Source: Marsupella aquatica (Eukaryota > Plantae > Marchantiophyta). From it: a stretch of DNA of 64,000 nt. The notes under the pieces are model-generated. The model searched no databases and was not told where the DNA came from. It saw only the letters and a list, made by a program, of their open reading frames with translations. Each line of letters begins with the position of its first letter. The first letter of the stretch is position 1. The stretch spans positions 7,805,808 to 7,869,807 of the forward strand of contig OZ316891.1 in assembly GCA_973895155.1 (NCBI GenBank), read 5' to 3'. A program made the translations under genes and the position numbers. Shown here in pieces: positions 16,501 to 28,930 of the stretch.

Positions 16501-19500
16501 TCTTATGAGTTGCTGATGCAGATGAAGCGTCACTGAAGAGTCAGGTGATACTGTGTGGTAGACCCGGAAAAGCTTCAACCATAAGTGGCAGTCTTGCTGG
16601 AGTGTGTCAAGGGGAGATCTCGTAACTTGTGGCAAGGCACTAGTAGAAAATAGATCTGGCAACTTCATTCTTGTTGGATCATCTAGGCCACCATGACGAC
16701 TACTACATCCTGCCTCAAACGCCCTTATGCACTCGAGCTGTATGACAAGGGGAGCTGCATCGGGTAAACTATCAAGAGAGGCCACCTGAAGACCAGCTTC
16801 CAACATGGCTTTGGCAGTTGCAACATCCTGCGTTGATTCTTCTGTATTCCTTGCTCGAAGCATTGCTTGAAGGAGCATCTGATCACTCCTTTGAAGAGCC
16901 TGCCGAGGATCAGCAGTCAGTTCGTTGCTACTTTGTGGGGTCAGGTCCAAGTATCCCCAAGCTCCGGAGACATCTCCGGCATCAAAACGTGCCAAAGCAT
17001 GAATGGCATTCATATCGTTGCCAGCGGTTGTCAGAGCCCCGGAGTATGCCTTCCCTGCATGTTTTGCACGGAGCAACTGGAGATCCTGCAACCAGCAGTC
17101 TAAAGCTTCCCAGTCACTAAGTGCCACATAGCTCTCAATCATTCGTGCAATAGTGAATTGCACTCCATCAGCACCCATGGCCCCCAGTGCTTCTTCTGAT
17201 TGTAGCAAATGGCTGTAATGAGCAACAGCCCTTTCATACTGCCCGTCAGCTTGAAACCCAAGTCCCGTCATCCAACTTAGAGGACCTACAACTTTTAGGG
17301 ATGTGTTGCTATCCTCCCCAAGTACCATACCAAAATTTGCCATTGCCCAAGCCTGTAGTCCAGGAAGCACATCCACTTTATGAGCCCTACAAAGAGCCAA
17401 GGAGGCGTAACGAAGCACACGGTACACATCCTGCTGAACCTTCAACTTCAAGGATGGCTGTGTATCAGATAGCTGAGCACGCGTTGAATCTCTCAAGGCT
17501 GAGGCGGTGGCTAACGACAAATCTTGCAAGCGGAGTGATGCGTGATGAAATATTCCAGAGTGGCATTGAATGGCAGCACTAAGATTCAACAAGGCATCGC
17601 GTATTCTTACGAACCACTCCTCACAGACCTTCCGGTTGGCTCGAAAGAATGGGGCACTCGCAGCAGGTGCATCGGACATAACAACAGAGCCTTCATAGGC
17701 GTTGTAAATATATTTCTCTAGTGATTCCATGAACTCCAACAAAAGTCTCATTGGCAAAAGCTGCACTGCTGTCGAGCTGACAGTGCTGACAGTCTCTCTT
17801 TGCCCGTTGTCGGTTTGGAACAGTAGTGCAGCATCCACAAGCATTCGTTCAAGCACTGCAAAGGTCTGTGTGGGTCCCCCTAGGTGTGTGCGAAGCCTCA
17901 CAGTGACCAAATGCTGGGCTCCAATTTGAATAGCCCACCACCCTGCAGCGAGATTATTGCTGCCGCAAGCCTTTTCCAGAAGGGCAGTGTCTAGAGCCAA
18001 ATCATCAGCTCTGTGGTCTGCCTTCAAATCACCTACGGATGATTCCAACTTAGCGAGCCGCTCTTCTTCTTCACTTTGTACAGACTTCACAGGGCAGTTA
18101 TGAACAAGCCGCTGAAGCCAGTTTGGAGGCAGACTCTGCCATCGCTGTGAAATGTAATTCAGAATAGTCACCAACTGTTGTGGACGCAAATGCCCTACGG
18201 AATGCTTCCTTTGATACAAATGCTTCCAAGATGCTGGACTGTTAGCATTTGAGTCAACGCTGATCCACCCGCAAATCCACAAGGCAGCAGGGGCAAAAGC
18301 TGCTAAAACTTTCCTAAAAACTATTTGCAAGTGTGGATCTGGGTCACCAAGCTGGTCTAAAGCAACAACAGCGACAGACTGGAGCTGGGTAGGAGCCACC
18401 ATTTCAGCTTGCAGAAGCTGCTCAAGCACAAATGCAACCCGTCCCCTCACTGTGGGTTCTCTGTGGGCTGCGGCACTGAGTAAGGTTGAAAGGAAACAGA
18501 AGCTTAAGCCCGGCGTCTCAAGCGTATTTTCCGGGCTGACCTGTAAATTGCGAGTTCCCCCGAGAGACCTCGACTGCTCTTTTTGAGAAGAAACTGCTTC
18601 GCACAAACTACTGATCCAATTTAACACCCCAAAAATCAAAGGTAAACTGGCAAATGGTTCCAGAGACGGCACTATTACCTCTGAGCATTCATTGAGGAAG
18701 TTCATTCCCACTAATCCAAGATCCATCTCTGTAGGCGGTGCTGCAGACACCTTTAATGATAGCATGACTGAACATAATCTATGAAGAGCTTGTACAATGG
18801 AAAGCTGCAAGCTGGGATACCCCTGCAGTGGGTCTTTACATGGTAGGAGCTTGTCCAAAATGAACATCTTCAGTTCCAGTGCTCTAACCAGCTGTTGATT
18901 GGACTGAAGCAATGGTCCCTTCTCAACATGTGGTTTCACTGTAACGGCTGTTTTCAAGCAAACCCTACCAACCAAAGCGGTAAGGTCAAACTTAAAGAGA
19001 GCGATGGCTTCTGCGTCTGAAATTCTCCTGCCAGAATGTTTTTTGTTGAGTTCACAATCTTCTGTCGATCTTTGTGCAAAGAATAATTTGAGACCGGTTA
19101 ACTCCTGCTTCAGACACTCGTTTGCCTCCGAAGCCACCATCTCAGAAGAATGTTGTAATAAAAACAGATACGTTGTTGCAACAATGCTTGTGACCAGACG
19201 ACTTGGATGAAGGCGCAGGCTGGAAACCAGGGAATTCCACTTCAGCAACTTATGCACAGCAGAAATTGCCAATGCATGTCCTTGTGCAGACAGTAGCTGC
19301 AGATTTACCTGCAGAAGAGTGTGGACCTGCTGGGCTTGTAAAGCCACTCCAGCTGAAACAGTAAAAAATCCAACAATATCACTCTCCTGCGAGGCCTTAA
19401 TGCTTGGCTCCAAATTTTGAAACAACACTTGTAGGACTGAAGGGTAATGGCATGCGAACTTCTCCTTCAGAAAGTCAGCAAACAGAGTCATGCACTGGCA

Positions 19501-21013
19501 TGCGACAACTGTCCAGCTAAAATCTCTGAACTTCCTGCTGACAGTGGCCAGACAGGTTATCAACCGTGGTAGCATCTCAAGCGCAGGCACGGCAATAAGT
19601 TCGACTTTGTCGGGCTCTAAAATCCCCGAGGTGAGCGCTTGAAGAACAGCCACAAAACAGAAAGCCAGAGCCAAAAGCCGACGTAATTGCTGATGAGTTG
19701 TTGGAGTGGCATCGTGAACTAGCACTTCCATATCTCCAAGAAACTTGGTGAGCAAATTCATAGAGAATGCCAAGCTTTCCACCCAAAGATCTTGAAATTG
19801 CACGAAGCTATCTGTAATGATTCGACAATCCACTTCTGAAACTTCGGACTCAAGTGCCCACCCAAGTAGCAGGTCCACCATATCTGCGAAATGAGGTTGC
19901 ACACACCAGCTGAATCTGCGGCCTAAAACCACAAGTACACCTAATAAAGGGCGCAAAAGGGTCATTGAAGTCCCATCGTCCTCCAAAAGCGACTGGCAAG
20001 CTCTCAGTATGGGAGGAGCAAACCTCTCGAGAGTTCCTGGTTCACCTACGTTGAGAAACTCCTTCAAACCGGTCAGCGAAAGTACAGCTGCATCATTGTC
20101 CACGCTAGACTGGGCAAGCTGAGGTAAAGCCCATCCTATGAATTGCTCCGCTGGGCCTCCAGGCAGTACAGGATTTACTCGCGCACTTGATGATGTGGTT
20201 ACCGCCGCTGCAACCGCACCCCATGCACCATAAGCCACCACGGCCGCTTGCCGTACAGCATATGATCTACGCCCCCAACAGGTATGAAAATGAGCTAGTA
20301 GGTAGGAGTGGCAACTATCACCGATGAGGATTTAACAGAATTATGCTTCACACGAGCTAATGAGAAGAATGTTGAAACACCAAAGCTGAAGTCGAAATTC
20401 CGAGAACGACGTAAGTGGCTTACTCGTCAAAGATAATTCATCGACCTGGCGGTAATGCTTAGCTTACTTCAAAGATTCAGCGTAATTATATTACAGATAT
20501 AGATTAAAGCCAGGCATGCTGAGATCGTCAAATCTACAACGGTGTCACGCTGAAACACAGATGGCGAGTTGTCTAGAGAAAAAGCGGGAAAAAAAATTCG
20601 TTCTGTGCCAATGGTGGACAAAACACACACTGGTAAAACAGCCCCTCAGATATTTCCAACTGCTAAATTTGAAAGGCATTACAGAAGACTTTTCTTTAAG
20701 CGAGTGGGGTGAAAGAGAATTCCAATCCGCAGCTGTTCAGCAAGGAGCCTTACTTGTCAAAAAGCATCCGGTGCAACGAATGGAGAATTCGGAAGGAGGA
20801 TCGCCTCAGATGAAGAGCTGCATGGGGCTGCAAAATCATGCGATGCGCGGACACAATTGCTGCCACCCGGGTCGCTTCATCGACGGCAATTGCACCCCCG
20901 CTCTCCGAACTGCCGCCTCCTCCCGGAATGGCTGTGGCCAGCAAGTTAGCCAACTCCTGTTGCTGGTGGCTGGATGCCGTGGTGGAGTACGTATGTTGTC
21001 CTCCATCGCCCAT
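7589..21013 (-). CDS. SMG1: SMG1 PIKK kinase (NMD; UPF1 kinase), 8 coding exons: 21013-20754, 20266-15292, 15123-14935, 14612-14498, 14303-13223, 12937-8196, 8038-7963, 7688-7589; ~3,845 aa
   Basis: Kinase motifs TKTKPKKI, YLLKGREDLRLDSRIMQLL, GYILGLGDRHLDNILVD, VHIDYNVCFDKG and IPEIVPFRLT. A very long insertion follows the kinase domain, as is typical of SMG1. The FATC end is ATSIDNLCNMFEGWTPWI. All junctions are GT-AG and the summed length (11,538 nt) is divisible by 3. Confidence 0.95.
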
Positions 21014-22559
21014 CACCTGCCCCCGAAAAGCAAACGCAGAAGCTATCAATAATCATCCTCGTCGTTATTGTCTTCCTATGCGCACAGAATCATGACTCCA
21101 AACACCGACTAGAGCAAATTCCCTCATCATCTCCAATACCTAGTGATCTTGGCAATGTAACCCAAACGAATCCTCAAGAAGGGTTCACCTCGATACCCCT
21201 AAACAAGACATTCAAATTCCTGGCAATTTAGTTTCCGAATGATTGCTACAAAGCAAAAGGGTACTCTGTACTGTACCTGAAAAACTTGTCAAGTCAACAA
21301 AAGTCTCGATCTCACGCACGATCCATCGCCCACACATAACCTGCGTAAGAGTAAGGGACAACGAACTCGATCGGCGGGCAAATTATCTAAGGTCCCTCCT
21401 CGGCATCTTAGGCCCGGGCAGGCCGGGAGAAGGGCTTAACGACCTAACGAGAGTCTTGTGACACAGCACGAGATGGGTTGCTCCTACGCTCTCTTCCTGT
21501 CCTCGTGACCTGCTAGCACATCTTTCCCCTGGTGGAATTAAGAGACGCCGGAATGATTTTGTGAAGTGCTTCTTTGGTTTTCAAAAATTCACGAGAGGCC
21601 AGATTTCAGAGTTCAGTACTGAGCACGCACATTACTGTTTCTCTTTCTTCCCTGAGCGGTGTCTTTTCTCAGAAGCATGAACACAGAACGCAGTTAGAGA
21701 AAACCTTTCCATTATAGTTTCACTCAGTATTGTTTCACTGCTTGAGGAGAAGCTCAATAGCAGTTCAACCTCTACATTCATACACGAAACAACTGAACGG
21801 AAGTCAATTTGAATTGTGAAGACAACTCACTTTTCCCAATATGCCGAGAGCTCAATCGCGAGAGGCCGATCTCACATCCTGAAAGAGAGATCAACGACCT
21901 AAAGGAGGTATGTGGAAACAACAAAATTGAATGCGCAGTAGAGAAAACCCGATCCCTCTCAATCTCTCATAGAGGGTGTTTAATTAACAAGTGAGGGGTC
22001 TGGAGCAGTATCAATCAGCCACTTGTAGAGAAGAAAAGTTAAGCAAAGTAACCTTATTTAGCTTGAGCCAATATGATTTGGCAACAAACGACCAGTCTCC
22101 ACACTAACCCCCATGCGGCATGAACAATTGAACCAGAGTTAATTGGCTTAACCAAGTGTGGGAAAAGATGGCAATATCCTCCAAACTAAAAAAAGGTTGA
22201 CGAACCAAGTAATTCCACAAATTTGCTACTACTATAATAAGGAATCCCGCCAAAAATGATGTATCATCTATGTACAAACACACTTTTAGAGGGAACATTC
22301 TCTTACTATTGGATTTATACATTCTTTTATCCTAACCTTTCATTATTCAAAAAGCAATCTCCCTAATCCAAAGAGACAAAACAAGGTATTTTGGTATACC
22401 AGAGTCGCGAATATGGCTTTCACCTACTTGTAATCGTTCTTGCGTTGCCTAACTCCAACATTGAGCCCCCTCAGTTTTGCTACCATCGTGGCCATTAGGG
22501 ATGCGACTAACAAAGAGGCCAGTAACAGCAAGGACAAGATTTGAGAAAAGCGCGCTCTA

Positions 22560-25460
22560 AGATAACTATATCAGGTCGTTGCTGATCATGGATAAATAAA
22601 CTATTTTTCCAACGGATCACCCAAGGGCCGCATATTTCTCGACCAATGGACCCATGGGCCAAAAGTTATGGCCGACTCAAGTAGTCGCAAAACTCGACTA
22701 CCTTAACACTTAGCTCCGACTTCGTTGACTCTGACGCCGAGCTTCCTTATGGTCCAGGCCCGGATAGGCCATCCGGGGAGGACTTAGCATGGGGAGACTT
22801 GTGGGCAACAGGGCGTGGCACTAGGAAAGGCAAGGCGTCAAGTTGGTGACACACACTAAGGACTTAGACTAGTTGAAGGTTGATCGGGTCAAGGGGAAAA
22901 AGGTCGGGCTCAAGGTCAACCGTCCGGACCCCTAGATGGACTTTGAGTTCTAAGGGTGAGAGCTCCTCTTGGGCCCAAGGCCAATGGAGTTGACACCATG
23001 GGCAACGGATGCTTGGGGCACAAGTTATGGCCCGATCGGGGTTTGGCCGATTGGGGGCCCCAAGCAGCGGTGAGATCTGAGGGCCTAGGCATGAGCACTG
23101 GGTCGGCCCAATCACAATGGACTAACTAGAAAGTTATGGGCATTGCTAGTTGGTGGTGTGCCCAAACATGCGGGTTGGGATCTAGGTGGGGGGCCAAAAT
23201 TTGGGGACCAAAATTGGTCCGGGGGTGGCAGGTCTCCATAAGCATATATGAGGGCAGTGGTGTCTCCCTGGGGGCTAAAGGCGAGCCGAAGTCGTGAGCC
23301 GCGGTGATCGCGATACTAAGGAAAAACGTCAAACGGAAACGGCGATAACTTCACAACGGAATGTCCGTTGGAGGACTTCTTGGGTGCATTGGAAAGCTCT
23401 CGAGGAGCGCTACATTCTCTAGAGCTTAGATGGGTCTGGGGATGCCATAGGTTTGTGGGGTTTGCGGGGCTATCTCGCCCGCTTGCCAAATCCTACCGAA
23501 GCAACAGCCAAGCCGCGTCCAGTCTCTCAAGAGAGCTTGCATTGGGGAGGCAAGGCAGTAGGCGTGGAGGTTGATTTCCAAGGGCACTTGGCCCCTAGAC
23601 CATTAGTGGGGCAAGAACCGGGAGTTAGTTGCTAGAGTCGGGGCCATTTTGGTCCCGGCGTGTTGGGACAAACTTTAGGACAAGCTATACTACTTGGGCT
23701 ATGATCATGTCCTAGGGACAAGGCGGTCAGTTGGTGATGGATAGGTATGAAGGGGAACCCGGGCTACGGCCAAGGAAGGAGTTGTTTTGGATGAACAGTG
23801 GGCGTCGAATCTTGTTCCGACTTATGGCATCGGGAGGATCTATTGCTGACCTACTTATCAATGTCTGTTGAACTTGAGTTAGGATGCTAGACTTGGGAGA
23901 TCTAGATCTTGAAGGGTTACTTATCGAGATGCTTGGTTGCTTGTGCAGACAATGAGGACCGTTGAGTAGCGGTTGTGGTAGAGGGCAAGTGCGGCTTCGT
24001 ATGGGAGGGATCGCAGGTGGTGCAAGAGGCAGCAAGGTACTTGCTTGAGGTATTTCGTGGAGGCATTCGGGCACCAGGGGCATTTAGGCGTGGGTGCTAG
24101 GATTGGTGAGGGCGCTGGGTGGCAAGGTCCACCACTCAAGTTGCATGCTTGTAGTTTGGGCCCGTTGCCGATCATAGAAAAATAATTATTTTTCCAAAGA
24201 ATCCCCATAGGGGCCCGAGAAGCCTCACATGAGCCCAATCACTTTTATCTTGACCAATGGACCTAGGGGCCAAAAGTTATGGTTGATTCAAGCCGCATGC
24301 TTATAGTTTGGGCCCGTTGACAATCATGGAAAATGAACTATTTTCCAACAGATCACCGTAGGGGCCCAAAAAGCTCCACATGAGCCCAATCATGGGGTCG
24401 CATATTTCTCGACCAATGGACCTAGGGGTCAAAAGTTATGGTCGATTTTGACTCGACTAGAGTCGCCGCACATCAATGGACCAAGGGGGGTTGCTTGGAC
24501 CAGAGCGGGTTGTTAGGCCATAGGCATGGAGGATGAGTTCCAAACGCACTTGGCCCCTAAACTACCAGTGGGCGAGAACCGGGAGTTGGTTGCTAGAGTC
24601 GGGGCCGTTCTGGTCCGGACGTGTTGGGACAAGCTTTAGGACAAGCTATGCTATTTGGGCCATGAGCATGTCCTGGGGGTAGGGCGGTCAGTTGGTGACT
24701 GATACATACGGGGAGAACCCGAGCTGCACCCAAAGAAGGAGCTATTCTAGACGAACAATGGGTGTCGATTCTGGTTTTGGCTTTGGCATCAAGAGGACCT
24801 ATCATTGACCTACTTACCAATGTCTATTGAGTTTGAGTTAGAATGCTAGATTGGGGAGATCTAGATCCTTGTGGGTTATTTATCGGACTACTTGGTTGCT
24901 TGTGCAGAGAGTGAGGACCGTTGAGCGACAATCGTGCTAGAGAGCAAGTGCGGCTTTGTATGGGAGGGGTCGTAGGTGGTGTTGAGGGCACCAAGTTGCT
25001 TGCTCAAGGAGTTCCGTGGAGGCGTTCGAGCACCAAGGGCACTTAAGCGTGCATGTTGGAATTGGTGAGGGCGCTAGGTGGCTAGGTCCACCACTTAGTT
25101 TGGGCCCGTTGTCGATCACAAAAAAATGAACTATTTTTCTAACATATCATCATAGGGGCCGAGAAGCCCCACATGAGCCTAATCATGGGCCGCATATTTC
25201 TCGACCAACGGACCTAGGGACCAAAAGTTATGGTCGATTCAAGTCGCATGCTTGTAGTTTGGGTTCGTTGACGATCATGGAAAAATGAACTATTTTTCCA
25301 ACGGATCACCATAGGGGCCCGAGAAGCTTCATATGAGCCCAATCATGGGGCCACGTATTTGACCTAGGGGCCAAAAGTTATGGTGAAATTGGACTTGACT
25401 AGAGTCATCGCACATCAATGGACCAAGGGGGGTTGCCTGGACCAGAGCGGGTTGTTAGGC
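22560..25460. repeat. Degenerate repetitive element: two ~0.95-kb tandem units (~23585-24520 and ~24547-25461) plus nested ~130-bp subrepeats
   Basis: gcacttggcccctag/aa...ccgggagtt.gttgctagagtcggggcc occurs at ~23585 and ~24547. gaccaatggacc.aggggccaaaagttatgg recurs at least 5 times (~22640, 24255, 24415, 25205, 25360). No recognisable protein domain. Confidence 0.75.
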
Positions 25461-26516
25461 CGTAACTTCTAGCCCCCAACTTGTGCTTGAGCCCAAGTTG
25501 TAGAGGGTTTTTGATTATCTTTGTTTTGAGCTAAGTGGCGGGGCCCACGGATCCTTGGATAGGGGGCCAAAACTAGTCCGGGGCTAGCAGGTCCCCAGAA
25601 GCATATATGAGAGGAGTGCTCCTCTCAAGTTTCAGCTCGAGTTAATCATGATCAAGAACATACGTTGTTTCAAGTTTTGGAGCAAAAATATGCATAACTC
25701 AAAGACTGGATCTTCGTTGAGGAAGTGTTTGGCTCATTGAAAAGCTAATGAAGAAAGTTACTTTATGGTGCTCTCTAATTGTGCATTGGACGGTTTTAAT
25801 TTTGAGGCTTGCAATTGGGGGAATTTCTCTTGCTGATCCGAAGTCGAACAGTGACCAAACCACATTTGGTTCCTACAGGGGCTTAATGTTGGAGAGGTAG
25901 AACCAAGTAGACTCTAGGATCTGTCATTGAGTTCTGGTCCCGATGCATGGTGAGAGTTTGAGCAGAACCCAATTTGGTCTAGGGGGAAGGGGGGATATTT
26001 ATGGAAAAGAGGGAGGGAGATGCTTCATCTTGCCCCTTCCATTCGTGGGTTAGGGTGAGAAAATAGTCAAGTTTATTTTCTCACCTCAAATTGTTTTGCT
26101 CTACTTTACATTTGGTTTGCTCAACATCCTTCTCTCCTTTGCAAGAATTTATCTCCTCATTTTTTCTCATCTCAACATCTTTTCTCTTGTGGACATATGT
26201 TTCTCACCTCTACATCTTTTCGCTTTTCTATATTTTTTCTAATGATTTATTTTATCACCTTAACATTTTTTCTCTCCTCGGTATCTTTTTTTGTATTTGA
26301 TATCTTTTTCTCTCCTCAATTTTTTTTTGCTCACCTCAACATCATTTCTTACCTTAATATATGTTTCTCTCTTTGATTTTTTTTATCACTTTGATATCTT
26401 TTTTCATTTAGATATCTTTTCTCTCCTTAGTATCTTTTATCATCTTGACATCTTTTGTGCAAAGGGCTAATTTTTCACCACTTGACATCTTTCGTGGAAA
26501 GGCCCCGGGCTAGTAT

Positions 26517-27694
26517 CCCTTTAATTTAATTTTATACTGATGTAGTGCTGGTCGTGCATTGTTGCTTTATATCCCCTTGATTTAAATTTGCAGTAAGAAG
26601 TAGCCCGGTTTGGACTTGCCTGGCAAATAGAGCCTTCAGAGGCCGTCAACCAGACCGTCCCGGTCTCCGTATCCTGGCCCGGTCTCCGTATCCCGGCCCG
26701 GTCTCCGTTTCCCAGCCCTGCCCGGCCTGGCCATGACCTCTCGGCCCAAACCGGCACAGCCCTGAAAGACCCAAACCTCTCCCGGCCCGAGCATCCCGGC
26801 CTAAATTGCCCGGCAAAATCCCGTGGTCCCGTGGCCCCGGCCCGAGTTCCCCCCTCCCCCCCTCACCCCGGCCCGCCCCCTCGGTCTCCCCCGTCTTTCA
26901 CTCCCCCGGTCCCGGTCCCAGTCGCGGCCCCTGGTCTCCCGTATTAATAGGCCCCGGTCCGGCAGGGAGGAGGGGGAGCCTGGGAGGGGAAGGAGGGAGT
27001 TCGGGAGGAGGGGAGAAGGGGGGTCCGAGAGGAGGGGAGGGGGAGGAGGCGGGAGGAGGGGATGGGGAGGAGGAGAGGGGGTTTGGGAGGGGCAGGAGGA
27101 GGGGGGAGGGGAGCAGGGGAGGAGGCCCGGCAGGGAGGACGGGAGGATGGGAGGAGGGCTGGGCGGGTCAGGCACGGAGGAGGGGAGGAGGGCCGGGCCG
27201 GCAGGGAGGAAGGGGAGAAGGCCGGGCCGGGCAGGCAGGGAGGAGGCCGGGTGCGGGACAGGGCAGGGCAGGGCAGGGCAGGGCAGGGTCCGGGTGAGGG
27301 GCTGGGTGCAATTCTATGGTTAAGCCGGGGCCGGGATGGGGCAGGCCGAGTCCGGGTGAGGGGAGGGGCCGGGCCGGGTGTTGGGAGGGGAAGGGCAACA
27401 GGGTCCGGGCGGAGGCCGGGAAGAGTTTGGGCCGGGCCAGGGAATAAGTGCGAATATGCATCAAAGGGCAACAGGGTCCGGGTGGAGGCCGGGAAGAGTT
27501 CGGGCCGGGCCAGAGAATAAGTGCAAATATGCATCAAATAGAGAATAGAGACTTTTTAATCCTACAAATGCCAAGTTTATGTGCCGGGCATCTGGGCAAG
27601 TTGCCCTTTAATTTAATTTTATACTTAAGATTAGTGCTGGTCGCGCATCGTTGCTTTATATCCCCTTGATTTTAAATTTTGCAGTAAGAAGTAG
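26517..27694. repeat. ~1-kb extremely GC-rich, C-rich-then-G-rich segment flanked by ~87-91-bp direct repeats (26517-26603 and 27604-27694)
   Basis: Both flanks read ccctt(t)taatttaattt(t)atact...agtgctggtcg.gcat.gttgctttatatccccttgattt(t)aaattt(t)gcagtaagaagtag. The interior has ccggcc/cccc runs, then gggagg and (gggca)n runs, and a ~72-bp tandem pair at ~27393-27538. Confidence 0.8.
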
Positions 27695-27835
27695 TGCTGT
27701 CCGCGCCTTGTGCGCTCCCCGTGAGTCTTTTGATGCGTCAAGTCGTTCGTTCGCAACTACAGTCTAGGTCGAAGCGTTTTGTTAGGAGAAGTTAGGGGGA
27801 GCGCAGAGCAGCTCCCTTCTGTTCGTTCGGGAGCG

Positions 27836-28930
27836 ATGGCGGATTACGGAGATGTGTACATGCGCAAAGATGGCGCGGGGCCACCCGGGCGCACCAAGGC
27901 ACAGAATCGAGCCACCGTGCAGCAATTGAAGCTCATCGGGCAAAGTCATCCGACTGGGCTCACCGCCAACCTGCTCAAGCTCTTCGAGCCCCGTCCTCCA
28001 CTGGAATACAAGCCTCCCATCGAGAAGCGCAAATGCCCTCCGTATGCAGGCATCGGACATTGTGTCAACCAGTTTGCAGAGCCTGGCGATCCGGAGTATG
28101 CACCTCCGGTCACGAAAGGGGAAACTCCCGCCCAGCGGAGGCTTCGGATCCACGCCCTTCGACTAGCGAAAGGAGCCGAGAAGGCGGCCGCGGAGCTCGA
28201 GAAGTACGATCCTCCGAGCGATCCGAATGTGGAAGGCGATCCTTACAAGGCCTTGTTCGTGGCGCGAGTAAGCTATGAAACGACAGAGCACAAAGTTAAG
28301 AGGGAATTCGAGGCCTATGGCCCCGTTAAGAGGGTCCGGCTTGTGCACGATAGCGTCACTGGGAAACCCAGAGGGTACGCCTTTATCGAGTACCAACATA
28401 CGAGGGATATGAAGACTGCGTATAAGCAAGCGGACGGGAGAAAAATTGATAATCGTAGAGTGCTGGTCGATGTGGAGAGGGGAAGAACTGTGCCGAATTG
28501 GAGGCCGAGGAGGCTCGGCGGGGGATTGGGGTCGACCCGCGTTGGAGGGGATGAGGTCAACCAGAAGTTCTCGGGGCGGGAGCCTCAAGTCTTGACTGCT
28601 GCTGCTCCAGTAAACAGTAGATCGGAGGAGAAAGTACGTGAGCCGGAGCGGGGCGAGCCTCACAAGCGGGAGAAAGATTATGATCGGGAGAGGGAAAGGG
28701 AACGAGAGCGAGATCGGGAGAAAGAACGAGGTGGTGAGCGGGATCGGGATCGGGACCGAGACCGTGACCGGGATAGGGATCATGATAGGTATGCTGATCG
28801 GGGGAGGGATCGCGGTGGTCGGGACCGCGACAGGGAGAGAGAACGAGGGGTTCGCGAACGGGATAGGCACCATGATCGAGGAGACCGTGATAGGGATCTT
28901 AACGAGCGGGATAGGGAGAGAGATCGATAA
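27836..28930 (+). CDS. U1-70K: U1 snRNP 70-kDa protein, single coding exon, 364 aa
   Basis: U1-70K N-terminus (SHPTGLTANLLKLFEPRPPL), RRM with GDPYKALFVARVSYETTE and RNP1 KPRGYAFIEY, RRVLVDVERGRTVPNWRPRRLGGGLG, and an RD/RE-rich C-terminal tail. First ATG at 27836. Confidence 0.95.
   Translation: MADYGDVYMRKDGAGPPGRTKAQNRATVQQLKLIGQSHPTGLTANLLKLFEPRPPLEYKPPIEKRKCPPYAGIGHCVNQFAEPGDPEYAPPVTKGETPAQRRLRIHALRLAKGAEKAAAELEKYDPPSDPNVEGDPYKALFVARVSYETTEHKVKREFEAYGPVKRVRLVHDSVTGKPRGYAFIEYQHTRDMKTAYKQADGRKIDNRRVLVDVERGRTVPNWRPRRLGGGLGSTRVGGDEVNQKFSGREPQVLTAAAPVNSRSEEKVREPERGEPHKREKDYDRERERERERDREKERGGERDRDRDRDRDRDRDHDRYADRGRDRGGRDRDRERERGVRERDRHHDRGDRDRDLNERDRERDR

Noticed and set aside
22388-22412. 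tggtataccagagtc resembling a tRNA-Met primer-binding site
   Set aside because: Imperfect match to TGGTATCAGAGC and no adjacent LTR end could be defined.
26801-27537. Several Pro-rich and Gly/Arg-rich ORFs of 98-197 aa on both strands
   Set aside because: Stop-free only because of extreme GC low complexity. They are open in many frames at once and show no domain.
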